DNA of 64,000 bases from Candidatus Riflebacteria bacterium HGW-Riflebacteria-2 (GTDB taxonomy: Bacteria > Muiribacteriota > Ozemobacteria > Ozemobacterales > Ozemobacteraceae). Made by a program: the position numbers and the translations under genes. Each line of letters opens with the position of its first letter. Position 1 is the first letter of the stretch. Shown in pieces: positions 17,834 to 27,177 of this stretch. The DNA is taken from positions 1,914 to 65,913 of the forward strand of contig PGYA01000012.1 of assembly GCA_002839435.1 (NCBI GenBank), written 5' to 3'. Below the pieces are notes generated by a model. The model had not been told where the DNA came from, did not search any database, and saw only the letters and a list, made by a program, of their open reading frames with translations.

Positions 17834-19674
17834 AAGAAAATTCACCCGGAATATTCGAAACACGAAATAGTTTGATTCTGGCACTGCTGGCATTGGTTAT
17901 ACTGACTTTTGCGCCAGTAATGTCAGCAGACTATCTTTTTTTTGACGAACATATCTATATTCTCCGAAATCCTGTCATAGCCGCGCCTTTGTCATTTGAT
18001 TCACTGGCCAGGATTTTCACGTCGTTTGAAAAAAATATATATACCCCTTTGAGCATTGCCAGTTTCTGGCTCGAATACAATATGACGGGCTTCAACAGCG
18101 CGGTATCGCATTTTATAAATCTTCTCTTGCATCTGGGCTGTGCGCTTATGGTGTTTCTGGTTGTTGAAGCGCTGTTAAAGAACAGAAAAATCGCTTTCGT
18201 AGCCGCTGCGATATGGGCGATACATCCCGCTCAGGTCGAGTCCGTCGCCTGGGTGCTTGAACGCAGAAATCTGCTGTATGGACTTTTTTATTTCGCCTCT
18301 ATGGCAGCCTATCTCAGATATCTGCAGCGCTTTCGCGCCGTCGATATGGCTGTCGCCACGGTTTGTATGATTTTATCGGGCTTGTCAAAGAATCTCGCAC
18401 TGTTTTTGCCGCTTGTCTGGCTGATGCTCGACTGGTCGCAAAGCCGGGCCATGACGCGTACTGTTATTGTAGAAAAATTGCCGGCTGTTGTGGTCGCCAT
18501 AGTTTATTTGTCTTTGATGCTTTTTGGCGTTCAGGATGGAATTTCCGGACAAGGTCAGCAAACCTTCAACTGGCTTATCGCTACCTATACTATCGGGTTC
18601 TATGTTATGAAAACAATTTTCCCGATCGGCATTGCTCCCATATACGAGATTAACGCCGGTTCTGAGCCCTGGTTTTTATTTGGTCCAGTTTTTCTGCTGA
18701 TCACACTGGGCGTGGCGTGGTCTTTATGTCGTAAGAATCGGCTGGTTACTTTTGCCTGGCTGTTTTATCTGTTAAATATTGTTCCTCTGTCGGGCATTGT
18801 GGTAGTAGGGTATCCCTTCTATGCTGCCCTGCACTTTATATATGTCGCGCTGTTCGGCATAATCCTAGGTCTGGCTGTGCTGTTTTACAATTTGCTGTCT
18901 TCCTGCGCGAAAGTTCATGTGTTTATGCCGGTCAGTATTGTTTTGACAGTTGCTTTGTCTGTTGTTTCATTCCAGTATTCGCATGTATATACAAACTCGC
19001 GTACCCTTTTTGAGTATGCTCTTGAAATAGACCCGGACAACCGGTTTGCCCGAGGTCAGCTGGCAACTTTTCTGGCAAGTCAAAATGATTATGCCGAAGC
19101 AGGAAAGCATTATCAGGAGTTGATCAAGCGCTATCCCGACTATTTCAGCGGATATTATGGCATGGGGCGTGTTTATAGAAGAGCAGGTCAGTATGATGTC
19201 GCGCTTACCTATTTCAGCCGAGCCCTTGAACTGAATTCCAGGAGAGCTGATCTGCCTTTCGACCGGGGCCTGCTTTTGCTGACCGCCGGAGATTTTGCCG
19301 CGGCAGAAAAGGATTTCTCTCTGTCTCTGCAGAATAAATACTCTAATATGTCTCTGGTCTATTTCTGGCGTTCTGACGCAAGAAGGCGGCAGGGAAACTA
19401 CCTCGGCGCCATAGAGGATTTGCTGCTGGCAGCTGCAGACAATAAAGATGATTTCAGTATTAAAGTTGGTCTTGTCGAGCTTTATGTCGAAAGCGGGCAG
19501 GTTGCTGAAGCTGTATCTGCCCTTATGGCGGTTTGCCGGCAGTTTGCCGCCGACCCATCGCAGCAGCAGGAATATATGCAGATCATCAGTTCCCCGAGTC
19601 TGGCCGCAGTGCTCACCAGATCAGCACTATACCGGAACTATTTCAGATACCACTTTAAGTGGTATCCGCTCTAA
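17782..19674 (+). CDS. GT-C-fold membrane glycosyltransferase-like protein with C-terminal TPR repeats (TMTC / PMT-like architecture)
   Basis: About 10 TM helices with an early FDEHIY..NP loop (DE motif), then at least 4 TPR repeats. The start is uncertain: the ATG at 17782 overlaps asnB by 52 nt, and an alternative TTG at 17830 overlaps by only 4 nt. Confidence 0.6.
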   Translation: MGVIHVCALAKGVAAILKENSPGIFETRNSLILALLALVILTFAPVMSADYLFFDEHIYILRNPVIAAPLSFDSLARIFTSFEKNIYTPLSIASFWLEYNMTGFNSAVSHFINLLLHLGCALMVFLVVEALLKNRKIAFVAAAIWAIHPAQVESVAWVLERRNLLYGLFYFASMAAYLRYLQRFRAVDMAVATVCMILSGLSKNLALFLPLVWLMLDWSQSRAMTRTVIVEKLPAVVVAIVYLSLMLFGVQDGISGQGQQTFNWLIATYTIGFYVMKTIFPIGIAPIYEINAGSEPWFLFGPVFLLITLGVAWSLCRKNRLVTFAWLFYLLNIVPLSGIVVVGYPFYAALHFIYVALFGIILGLAVLFYNLLSSCAKVHVFMPVSIVLTVALSVVSFQYSHVYTNSRTLFEYALEIDPDNRFARGQLATFLASQNDYAEAGKHYQELIKRYPDYFSGYYGMGRVYRRAGQYDVALTYFSRALELNSRRADLPFDRGLLLLTAGDFAAAEKDFSLSLQNKYSNMSLVYFWRSDARRRQGNYLGAIEDLLLAAADNKDDFSIKVGLVELYVESGQVAEAVSALMAVCRQFAADPSQQQEYMQIISSPSLAAVLTRSALYRNYFRYHFKWYPL

Positions 19675-20792
19675 TTATCAGAAGATTTTCTGGCGATCAG
19701 AGACCATAAAACTTTGTTGGTATGGCGCAGGTTGGCAATTGTCATAGCATTCTCTTCAGCCAGTCCGATGACTTCTTCGCGTCTGAAATGGTATGAAATG
19801 GGAGCGTGAAAGAGATCAAAAACCGACATCCAGGTGGTTATGAACCGGTTTTTTGACCAGAGGTTCATGTGCTCATAAAGGGGGATTTTTTGGGCGAGCT
19901 CAGGAGCTGCTTTGCCGGCAGGAACATAAAAAAGCATGATGATAAACTGCAGCACGAAAGCCGGGAAAAAAGACAGTGCGAACAGCATTTTAAGTGGGAT
20001 TTTGTGGAGTAGAAATTTGGCCGGTTCGACGATATGCGTCATGAGGAAATTTCCTTCCCAGCTGTAGACGCAGATGGCGGTCTGGCCGCCATTGCGGGTT
20101 ACTCTGGCAAGTTCTCTGAAACCCTGTTTGTGGTCATGCACATGCTGTAGTGCGTGATCGCAGATGGCAATATCAACGAGATTCGATTGCAGTGGCATTT
20201 GCACCAGATCAGAGCGTATAAGCAGGAGCTCGCTGTCGCTGCATGATTGCAGGAGCTTGCGGGCGGCATATATTTCACGGCCGAGATCGAGGGCAATGAT
20301 GGTCTTAGCACCCATTTTGCTGAGGTGATATACTTCGCGGCCGCGGCCTGCACCGCCTACAAGAACGATTGCGCCTTTAACGGTCTCAGGCTCAATGGGA
20401 ATAAAATTTCTGAATGCCGCGCGGCTCAGGAACCCGTTACTTTCGAGATCACTCACGGTAAACGGATGGATTTCATCCCATTGGTATTCCCAGTTTTTCA
20501 GAACTGCAATCTGCTTGAGCTCATTCGTGTTGAGCTCTTTGTTTTCGTAGGCAAAGTCTTTCGGCGCAAAACCGAGAGCGGCGAGAGTTTCGATCTCTTT
20601 CTGGTTGAGCGCATGTTTGCTGTTTCTGGAAAATAAAACAGCCGCCCCATCGAGTACCGGATAAAGGCGGTTGCATTTTTGACAGCTGATTACGCCATTC
20701 TCGATCTGCTCGTCGCTTATGTTGCCGGCTTTTATCGAGAGGTTGCTGCCACAGTCCAGGCATTTGAGCCAGGAGACATGCTTTATTTTCAT
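19671..20792 (-). CDS. SAM-dependent methyltransferase with N-terminal Zn-ribbon
   Basis: N-terminal CLDCG...CQKCNRLYPVLDG (Trm112-like ribbon). Motif I VLVGGAGRGREV...ALDLG. Starts 13 nt downstream of the pilT stop. Confidence 0.7.
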   Translation of the reverse strand: MKIKHVSWLKCLDCGSNLSIKAGNISDEQIENGVISCQKCNRLYPVLDGAAVLFSRNSKHALNQKEIETLAALGFAPKDFAYENKELNTNELKQIAVLKNWEYQWDEIHPFTVSDLESNGFLSRAAFRNFIPIEPETVKGAIVLVGGAGRGREVYHLSKMGAKTIIALDLGREIYAARKLLQSCSDSELLLIRSDLVQMPLQSNLVDIAICDHALQHVHDHKQGFRELARVTRNGGQTAICVYSWEGNFLMTHIVEPAKFLLHKIPLKMLFALSFFPAFVLQFIIMLFYVPAGKAAPELAQKIPLYEHMNLWSKNRFITTWMSVFDLFHAPISYHFRREEVIGLAEENAMTIANLRHTNKVLWSLIARKSSDN

Positions 20793-20805
20793 CGGTCAGG
20801 CTTGA

Positions 20806-21867
20806 TCAGGCGCTTTTAAGCATTCTTTCGAGCTCTTTTGGATGCATGGTGTGAACCATAGCCTCTTCAAGCGTGATGTCGCCGCGCAGATACAGGTCTC
20901 TGAGAGACATCTCAAAGGTCATCATGCCTTCTTCGTGGCTGGTCTGCATGACAGTATAAAGACCTGAGATTTTCTGTTCGCGGATACAGTTGGCGACGGC
21001 CGGGTTGCCGATCAGAATTTCGTTACAGACGACGCGACCTTTGCCGCTGGCGATTGGCAGCAGCTGCTGGGCAACGACTGCGCGCAGAACGAACGAGAGC
21101 TGCGAGCGGATCTGCGACTGCTGGTGAGGCGGGAACATGTCGATGATACGGTTGATCGTCTGGGCGGCGTCAGTGGTATGCAGGGTGCCAAAGACAAGAT
21201 GGCCGGTTTCGGCCATGGTGCAGGCGGCGCCGACGGTTTCGAGGTCGCGCATTTCGCCTACCAGAATGACGTCGGGGTCTTCGCGCAGTACGCGGCGCAG
21301 CGCTTCGCCGAATGACTTGGTGTCAATGTGCAGTTCGCGCTGGTTGATGACTGAACGCTTGTGGTAGTGCAGGTATTCGATCGGGTCTTCGATCGTCATG
21401 ATGTGGCAGCGTCTGGATTCGTTGACGATATTGATCAGGCAGGCAAGCGAAGTTGATTTGCCTGAGCCGGTAGGGCCGGTAAACAGCACCAGTCCCTTGC
21501 GCATGCGCGTAAAATCGCGAAGTTTTTCCGGCAGGCGGAGCTCTTCAAGGCTCGGAATTTTGGTCGGAATAATTCGGAATGCAGCACCGATACAACCGCG
21601 CTGCTTATAAACGTTGACGCGGAATCGCCCGAAGCCATGCACCGAATATGACATGTCGAGTTCAAAATTTTCTTCAAACTCTTTCTGCTGTTCGGCAGTC
21701 AGCATGTTATATATCAGGGATCTTGTGTCCATCGGGGTCAGAACGTCGAGGTCAGTCTGGATAAGTTCGCCATCGACACGGATTACCGGTGGGGTACCCA
21801 CGGTAATGTGAAGGTCTGATGCCCCATTTTCAATGACCAGATTCAACAAATCGTTCAGGACAAACAT
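20806..21867 (-). CDS. pilT: Type IV pilus retraction ATPase PilT
   Basis: 353 aa, Walker A GPTGSGKST, Asp box, His box, and the PilT-specific AIRNLIRE-like region. AAGGAG RBS. Confidence 0.9.
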   Translation of the reverse strand: MFVLNDLLNLVIENGASDLHITVGTPPVIRVDGELIQTDLDVLTPMDTRSLIYNMLTAEQQKEFEENFELDMSYSVHGFGRFRVNVYKQRGCIGAAFRIIPTKIPSLEELRLPEKLRDFTRMRKGLVLFTGPTGSGKSTSLACLINIVNESRRCHIMTIEDPIEYLHYHKRSVINQRELHIDTKSFGEALRRVLREDPDVILVGEMRDLETVGAACTMAETGHLVFGTLHTTDAAQTINRIIDMFPPHQQSQIRSQLSFVLRAVVAQQLLPIASGKGRVVCNEILIGNPAVANCIREQKISGLYTVMQTSHEEGMMTFEMSLRDLYLRGDITLEEAMVHTMHPKELERMLKSA

Positions 21868-21926
21868 TTCCGCACTCCTTAATGGATCTTTTTTTTATAT
21901 TATTATCGAAAGTCTTTAAAAACAAC

Positions 21927-21973
21927 ACTCCCTCGCCTGCCGTGGCAGCGGGGGAGTGAGGGTTTCTTTTTTG
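21927..21973. terminator. Bidirectional intrinsic terminator between pilB and pilT
   Basis: Stem CACTCCCTCGCCTGCC / GGCAGCGGGGGAGTGAGGG followed by TTTCTTTTTTG. The reverse complement is also followed by a T-run. Confidence 0.45.
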
Positions 21974-21994
21974 TGGGAAAGAGTCTGCATCAAC

Positions 21995-23851
21995 TCAGTG
22001 CTCGCCCATGGTGACGCGAAGAACTTCTTCAAGAGACGTCATGCCGGTCAGGGCTTTGCGCAGGGCTGATTCACGCAGTGACAACATGCCTTCTTCGATC
22101 GACTGGCGGCGGATATCGTCGGTTGAGCCGCCGTTGAGAATGATGTCACGCAGGCGTTCTGACATCATCATGACTTCATATACGCCGACGCGGCCTCTGC
22201 TGCCTGAGTTGGCGCATGATTCGCAGCCTTTGCCCTTATAGAACATCATATTCTTTTCGTTGATGTGTGGAAGGTCAATTCGGCGGATAAGTTCGGGGGT
22301 GATACCGAACTGGGCGATCTGTTCGGCGCGCGGCTTGATTTCGAATTTGCAGTCTTTGCAGATTTTGCGGACAAGTCGCTGGGCCTGCACCAGAATTACC
22401 GAAGTGGTAACCATGAATGGCTCGATGCCCATGTTGACGATACGACCGATGGTGCCTGGCGCGTCGTTGGTGTGCAGGGTCGAGAGCACCAGATGGCCGG
22501 TCATCGACGCTTTGATAGCGATTTCTGCCGTTTCAAAGTCGCGAATTTCGCCGACCATGATTACGTCGGGATCCTGGCGCAGGAAAGAGCGCAGCGCCGC
22601 CGCGAAAGTCAGGCCGATTTCGGGTTTGCACTGTACCTGGTTGACGCCGTGCAGCATGTATTCAACCGGGTCTTCGGCCGTCATGACGTTGGTGTCGATT
22701 GAGTTAACCGAAGTCAGGGCCGAATAAAGGGTAGTGGTCTTGCCCGACCCGGTTGGGCCGGTAACCAGAATGATGCCATATGGTGACGCAACACCTGTTT
22801 TGAAGCGTTCAAGCGTTTTGGGCTCAAATCCGAGGTCTTCGAGGTTGACCTTCAGTGAGGTCTGGTCGAGAATACGCATAACGATCTTCTCGCCCCAGAT
22901 AACCGGCAGAACCGAGACGCGCAGATCGATCATGCGGTTGGAAACCTTGATCTTGATGCGGCCGTCCTGCGGCAGGCGCTTTTCGGCGATGTTCAGCGAT
23001 GACATGATTTTGATACGTGAAGTGATAGCGGCTGTCGCTTTTTTCGGCGGCTGCATGGCGGTATACATCATGCCGTCCTGGCGGTATCTGATGCGCAGTT
23101 CTTTTTCGAATGGCTCGATATGAATATCAGAAACACCGTTCTGAACTGCCTGTGAAATAACAAGGTTACACAGCCTGATGATCGGCGCGTCGTTTTCGCC
23201 GAGTTCGCCGAGGCCGTCGAGGTCTTCGTCGTCTGAGTGGCCGATGTCTTCAAGGTCGTCCATCAGTTTGTCCTGCTGGGCGACGGCGCCGTAGGCATCC
23301 TGCAGGGCCTTGTTGATATCGGTATGGGTGGCGACAACGGGTTTGACCATGAGGGCGGTCATCAGCTGAATGTCGTCGATCGCGATGATGTTGAGCGGAT
23401 CGACCATGGCCACGGTGAGCTTGTTTCCAACCTTATTGATCGGAATCAGCATGTGGCGCTTGGCAATATGTTCGGGAACCAGCTTGGCAATGACCGGGTC
23501 GATGAGGTAGTTCGACAGGTCGATGAAAGGAATGCGCAACTGCTTGGAAAGGATCTGGACGATGTCCTGTTCGGTGACGAGATGCATTTCGACGAGAACG
23601 GCGCCGAGGCGCTTGCCGCTTTTCTTTTGCAGGGCAAGAGCTTGTTGCAGCTGTTCTTCGTTGATCAGGCCTTCCTGGATCAGGGCGTCGCCAAGGCGCA
23701 GTTTCTTGGAAAGAATCGAGGTAGCCGCCGCAGATTTGGGTGCGGATGCCGACTGGCCTGGAGGTGGCCCTCCAGCCGGTGTCGCGGCCGGTGCTCCAGC
23801 GGGGTGTAGTCCGTCTGGTGCCCCTGGTGCGGCAGGAGGAGTTTGATTCAT
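21995..23851 (-). CDS. pilB: Type IV pilus assembly ATPase PilB (GspE family) with N-terminal Pro/Ala-rich low-complexity segment
   Basis: T2SSE_N domain, Walker A GPTGSGKTTT, and a C-terminal tetra-Cys motif (CKDC...CESC). The first roughly 45 aa are P/A/G-rich. Confidence 0.9.
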   Translation of the reverse strand: MNQTPPAAPGAPDGLHPAGAPAATPAGGPPPGQSASAPKSAAATSILSKKLRLGDALIQEGLINEEQLQQALALQKKSGKRLGAVLVEMHLVTEQDIVQILSKQLRIPFIDLSNYLIDPVIAKLVPEHIAKRHMLIPINKVGNKLTVAMVDPLNIIAIDDIQLMTALMVKPVVATHTDINKALQDAYGAVAQQDKLMDDLEDIGHSDDEDLDGLGELGENDAPIIRLCNLVISQAVQNGVSDIHIEPFEKELRIRYRQDGMMYTAMQPPKKATAAITSRIKIMSSLNIAEKRLPQDGRIKIKVSNRMIDLRVSVLPVIWGEKIVMRILDQTSLKVNLEDLGFEPKTLERFKTGVASPYGIILVTGPTGSGKTTTLYSALTSVNSIDTNVMTAEDPVEYMLHGVNQVQCKPEIGLTFAAALRSFLRQDPDVIMVGEIRDFETAEIAIKASMTGHLVLSTLHTNDAPGTIGRIVNMGIEPFMVTTSVILVQAQRLVRKICKDCKFEIKPRAEQIAQFGITPELIRRIDLPHINEKNMMFYKGKGCESCANSGSRGRVGVYEVMMMSERLRDIILNGGSTDDIRRQSIEEGMLSLRESALRKALTGMTSLEEVLRVTMGEH

Positions 23852-23925
23852 TTCTGCAGTTCCTTCCTTATTTCTTTACCAGAAATAATGCCTCATTTTA
23901 CCTAACTAAAGCAAGTAACCCGAGG

Positions 23926-24759
23926 TTACCCGCCAAAAATGCACTTTCTAATCACCTGCTCGGGCGCTGTCTGCCCGGTTAACAGTCTGAAAGATTCTAA
24001 TCCCTGTTCCAGCAGCAGCTCCCGGCCATCAATTACGCTACAGCCATTTTGCCGAGCTGTTGCCACCAACCTGGATTCTGGCGCATAATTAAAATCGACA
24101 TAAAACTTGCTTTTGCTGAGAAATTCTTTGAACTCTGCAACAAAATCATCTTTATGCCACCCCAGAGGGGTCGCGTTGATTATTATATCAGATTCTTCTA
24201 TTGCATGCTCTAAGTTTTTCTCATTCCATGCCAGTCTTTTTATATTATAGGGGGGTTCTGAGTCAATAGAGTCAGAGGAACTTCGGGCGATCTGGAAAAC
24301 GCGGGCGCCGCTGAGCAGTAAGGCCTGGCAGGCTGCTGCTGCCGCGCCGCCGCTTCCCATTACCAGGCCTGTCTGTGGCCGACCCAGCCGCTCGAGAATG
24401 CGCAGGCATCCGGTGGTGTCGGTGTTCCAGCCTTCGATGCGACCATCTTCGCAAAATTTCAGGCAGTTGACCGCTTTTATTACATCGGCCGGGCTGTACA
24501 GCGTGTCGCAAAATAACGCCGCCGCATGCTTGTGGGGACTGGTTACATTGATGCCTCTTACGCCCAGCGCCTTCAGGCCGGTGATGGCGTCGGCGAGGTC
24601 AGCTCGGCAGACGCGAAGGGGTACATAGACGGCGTCGATGCCGCAGAATGCAAAAGCCCGGTTCCAGAAAACCGGGCTGAGAGAATGGCTCACCGGGTCG
24701 CCGATAATGGCAAAAACCTGGCTGGCACCGTTTATTTCAAGGTTCGCGTTTTCTGACAA
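23926..24759 (-). CDS. aroE: Shikimate dehydrogenase
   Basis: GDPVSHSLSP and NVTSPHK motifs, with a GSGGAA Rossmann motif. TTG start with an AAGGT RBS. Confidence 0.85.
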   Translation of the reverse strand: MSENANLEINGASQVFAIIGDPVSHSLSPVFWNRAFAFCGIDAVYVPLRVCRADLADAITGLKALGVRGINVTSPHKHAAALFCDTLYSPADVIKAVNCLKFCEDGRIEGWNTDTTGCLRILERLGRPQTGLVMGSGGAAAAACQALLLSGARVFQIARSSSDSIDSEPPYNIKRLAWNEKNLEHAIEESDIIINATPLGWHKDDFVAEFKEFLSKSKFYVDFNYAPESRLVATARQNGCSVIDGRELLLEQGLESFRLLTGQTAPEQVIRKCIFGG

Positions 24760-24898
24760 GTTAAATTACCTTGCAGTATGTACAGGCTAATATAAGGGCG
24801 CCATGACAGCAAACCATTCACATTTTTAACGGCTGAAGCCGCAAGAAATGCGTAATGCTATAGGCACTCTGGGTTTGCTGAGATTTGTAGTATTTTGC

Positions 24899-25243
24899 TC
24901 AGCTGAAGCTCTTGACTGCTTCTTCTTCGCTTTCGAATACGTCGAAAACCTTGTCGAGGCGTGAGCGTTCGAGCAGTTCCATGACGGTTGGTGACAGATT
25001 GATGAGTTTGAGGTCGCCATTGCTCTTTTTCAGCTTTTTGAGCGCTGAAGCGAATACGCCGAGGCCCATGCTGTTGAGGTAGTTGACTTCCTGCAGGTCG
25101 ATAACGAGCTTTTTTTTGCCGTCATTGATCACCTGGTCGATTTTTTCTTTGAACTGATCGACCGTTTCGGTGCTGATTTCGCCGCGAATGACGATAAGAG
25201 TCACGTCGCTGCCTTTGGGTCTGACGTCTATCTTTACTTCCAT
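24899..25243 (-). CDS. STAS-domain anti-sigma-factor antagonist (SpoIIAA-like)
   Basis: MEVKIDVRP...LVIDLQEVNYLNSMGLGVF (conserved Ser in the phosphorylation loop). Start re-set to the ATG preceded by a GGGAGGG RBS. Confidence 0.8.
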   Translation of the reverse strand: MEVKIDVRPKGSDVTLIVIRGEISTETVDQFKEKIDQVINDGKKKLVIDLQEVNYLNSMGLGVFASALKKLKKSNGDLKLINLSPTVMELLERSRLDKVFDVFESEEEAVKSFS

Positions 25244-25355
25244 AACAACCCTCCCGGTATACTGTAATTTCGCCACTAAAACTAACTCATCTTTCTCTTA
25301 TATGCAAGAGAAAGACGAGTTAAAAAGAAAAGGGGAATCCAGTTTGGGTTTTACA

Positions 25356-26339
25356 CTAGAACTTTTTCGAGGCGGAAATCCTGTGCGCATCACCGAGAGT
25401 TTCGTCGGCGTATGAGTAGTCGAACCGCCAGGTGTCAAGTTTGAAGCTGGCGCCGAGGGTCAGGTCGCCGTCTTTGCTGCCGAGGCGCAGAGCTGCGTAG
25501 TCCTGCAGCCACCATTCAGCGCCGGCAAACAGCTTGGCATCCATGTCTTCAACTTTGTTGATGTCAGCGGCCAGGGTCAGGTTCGAGCGGGCCTTGTAGG
25601 CGACGCCGAAAGTAGTGGTAACCGGCACGTCGTCTTCGTGTTTGGAAGCAGTGTTCCATTCAAGAGTTTCGCCGAGGTCGCGGATCGACAGGCCGAGGGT
25701 GGTCTTTTCGCAGGCTTCATAGAGGAAGCCGAAATCGAGCCCCCAGCTGCTGGCCGAGTTGGTGAACAATTCGTGTTTGAGATACTTAACGTTGACGCCA
25801 CCGTAAAATTTGTCAGAGAGTTTGCGGGCGTAAGAACCGAAAGTGTTCTTTTCAGTATCTTTAAAGTAGCTGAATATCCAGACGTTTTCACCGGCTTTGT
25901 AGGTACCATCAGATCTGGTGGCAGGCTCGTCTCCGGTCAGGAGAGCAGTTCCATCCCAGTTGGTTGATGCCAGTCTGGTTTCCGGAATGCCATCGACGCC
26001 GAATGTCATGTGTGACAGCGCCACCACGCCGGTCTTTTTGCCGCTTTTATCCTTGAGGATGTGCGCGTAGTTGAAGAAGTTGTATTCGCGATCCATGGTC
26101 AGGTCGGCATGCATGAAAGAACCTTCCGACTGCTCGAGTCGGGCAAGACCGGCCGGGTTCCAGAAGGCTGCGGTTGAATCATCGGCGAGCGCGGTGAATG
26201 CGCTGCCCATGCCGAGTGCTCTGGCGCCTACGCCCATTTTCAGATAGGCTCCGGCCTGGCCGGCAGATTCGGCAAAGGCGGTGCTCATGGTTCCTACGCT
26301 GAGTGCAGCGAGGAAGAGCGTCTTTAAAACCTTTTTCAT
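25356..26339 (-). CDS. Outer-membrane beta-barrel protein, FadL/PorV-like N-terminal signature
   Basis: Signal peptide ending AFA. N-terminal motif GMGSAFTALADDSTAAFWNPAGLA, resembling the FadL/TodX/PorV consensus. Alternating amphipathic strands and a C-terminal Phe. It is only 327 aa, shorter than canonical FadL. Confidence 0.6.
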   Translation of the reverse strand: MKKVLKTLFLAALSVGTMSTAFAESAGQAGAYLKMGVGARALGMGSAFTALADDSTAAFWNPAGLARLEQSEGSFMHADLTMDREYNFFNYAHILKDKSGKKTGVVALSHMTFGVDGIPETRLASTNWDGTALLTGDEPATRSDGTYKAGENVWIFSYFKDTEKNTFGSYARKLSDKFYGGVNVKYLKHELFTNSASSWGLDFGFLYEACEKTTLGLSIRDLGETLEWNTASKHEDDVPVTTTFGVAYKARSNLTLAADINKVEDMDAKLFAGAEWWLQDYAALRLGSKDGDLTLGASFKLDTWRFDYSYADETLGDAHRISASKKF

Positions 26340-26423
26340 ATTGTTTCCCCTTACGAGTCGATAGAACTGGATATCAATCTATTCGGCAACTTTGTTGCAT
26401 TTATGAACGATATTTTCAAAAAA

Positions 26424-26458
26424 TTTATCTCAACCTCCGAGACCATTGAGGCTCGGCG
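26424..26458. terminator. Candidate terminator after lipoprotein gene 1
   Basis: On the minus strand: an imperfect stem CCGAG...CTCGG followed by a T-run. Confidence 0.3.
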
Positions 26459-26473
26459 CGCCGTGCCCTTAAT

Positions 26474-27169
26474 TCATATACCTGTCAGACCCATGTCCAT
26501 AAGGGTCTTGTAAATCTGAGCGACGGCACTGTCATTCGAATTGTCTTCTGACCTGGCAATGTTGATCTGCGTTTTCGCCTTATCGTCGTCGCCGACGCCG
26601 CCCCGCCAGAAGTAACAGAAAGCCAGCATGGCGTGCGCTTCGGCATTGCTGACCCCGATCGGATGCGTCGAAGTGAAGCGATAGGCAGTATTGCTGAGGC
26701 CGACTGCTTCGAGCAATTGAATCGCTTGCGTGATTCCGGCATTCTGGCCACGCTGAATCAGAGCGGCCGCGAGACCGATGCGAGCTTCATTGTCAGAAGC
26801 AGAAGCCTGAGTAAATGATGAATAGCCAGATTCAACCCCGGAAGATTTGGTCAATGACCAGCCAAGGCCGTTGTAAGCCTGAACTTTTTGAGTTTCGGTA
26901 ATATTGGTAATGGTCAGAACCTGATTGAACTTGTTGATTGCGCTGCTGAATGCGCCATAGCGAAAGTCTTCCCAGGCGGAAGCAAGCAGTGAATCAGGAT
27001 CGGTTTCACCGACTCCGCCGCCACCAGTGCCTCCCCCTCCGCCACCAGTACCGGGTGTCGGTATTTCTGGCGGAATAGTATAGCGGCCACTGCCGCCACC
27101 GCTGCCGCAGCCACTGGCGAGGAAGAATATCACTGCAATGGTCAGCACCACTATCGATTTTCTGTTCAT
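26474..27169 (-). CDS. Lipoprotein with Gly-rich linker (partner of giant surface protein 1)
   Basis: Lipobox LASGC, then a (G)n linker, then a roughly 170-aa domain homologous to the C-terminal domain of 37367-38119 (shared AYNG.GWS ... GVS.AEA.AMLA..FWR...GDD ... SED.S..S.VAQIY.TL...GL.GI). Confidence 0.65.
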   Translation of the reverse strand: MNRKSIVVLTIAVIFFLASGCGSGGGSGRYTIPPEIPTPGTGGGGGGTGGGGVGETDPDSLLASAWEDFRYGAFSSAINKFNQVLTITNITETQKVQAYNGLGWSLTKSSGVESGYSSFTQASASDNEARIGLAAALIQRGQNAGITQAIQLLEAVGLSNTAYRFTSTHPIGVSNAEAHAMLAFCYFWRGGVGDDDKAKTQINIARSEDNSNDSAVAQIYKTLMDMGLTGI

Positions 27170-27177
27170 CTTGCTAT

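Noticed and set aside
25356-26339. Possibility that the 327-aa outer-membrane protein is a PorP/SprF-family T9SS protein (by analogy with sprB-sprF)
   Set aside because: The N-terminal motif (AADDSTAAFWNPAGLA) fits the FadL/TodX/PorV hatch signature better. The PorP/SprF assignment is not supported by anything I can see and is kept only as an alternative to test.
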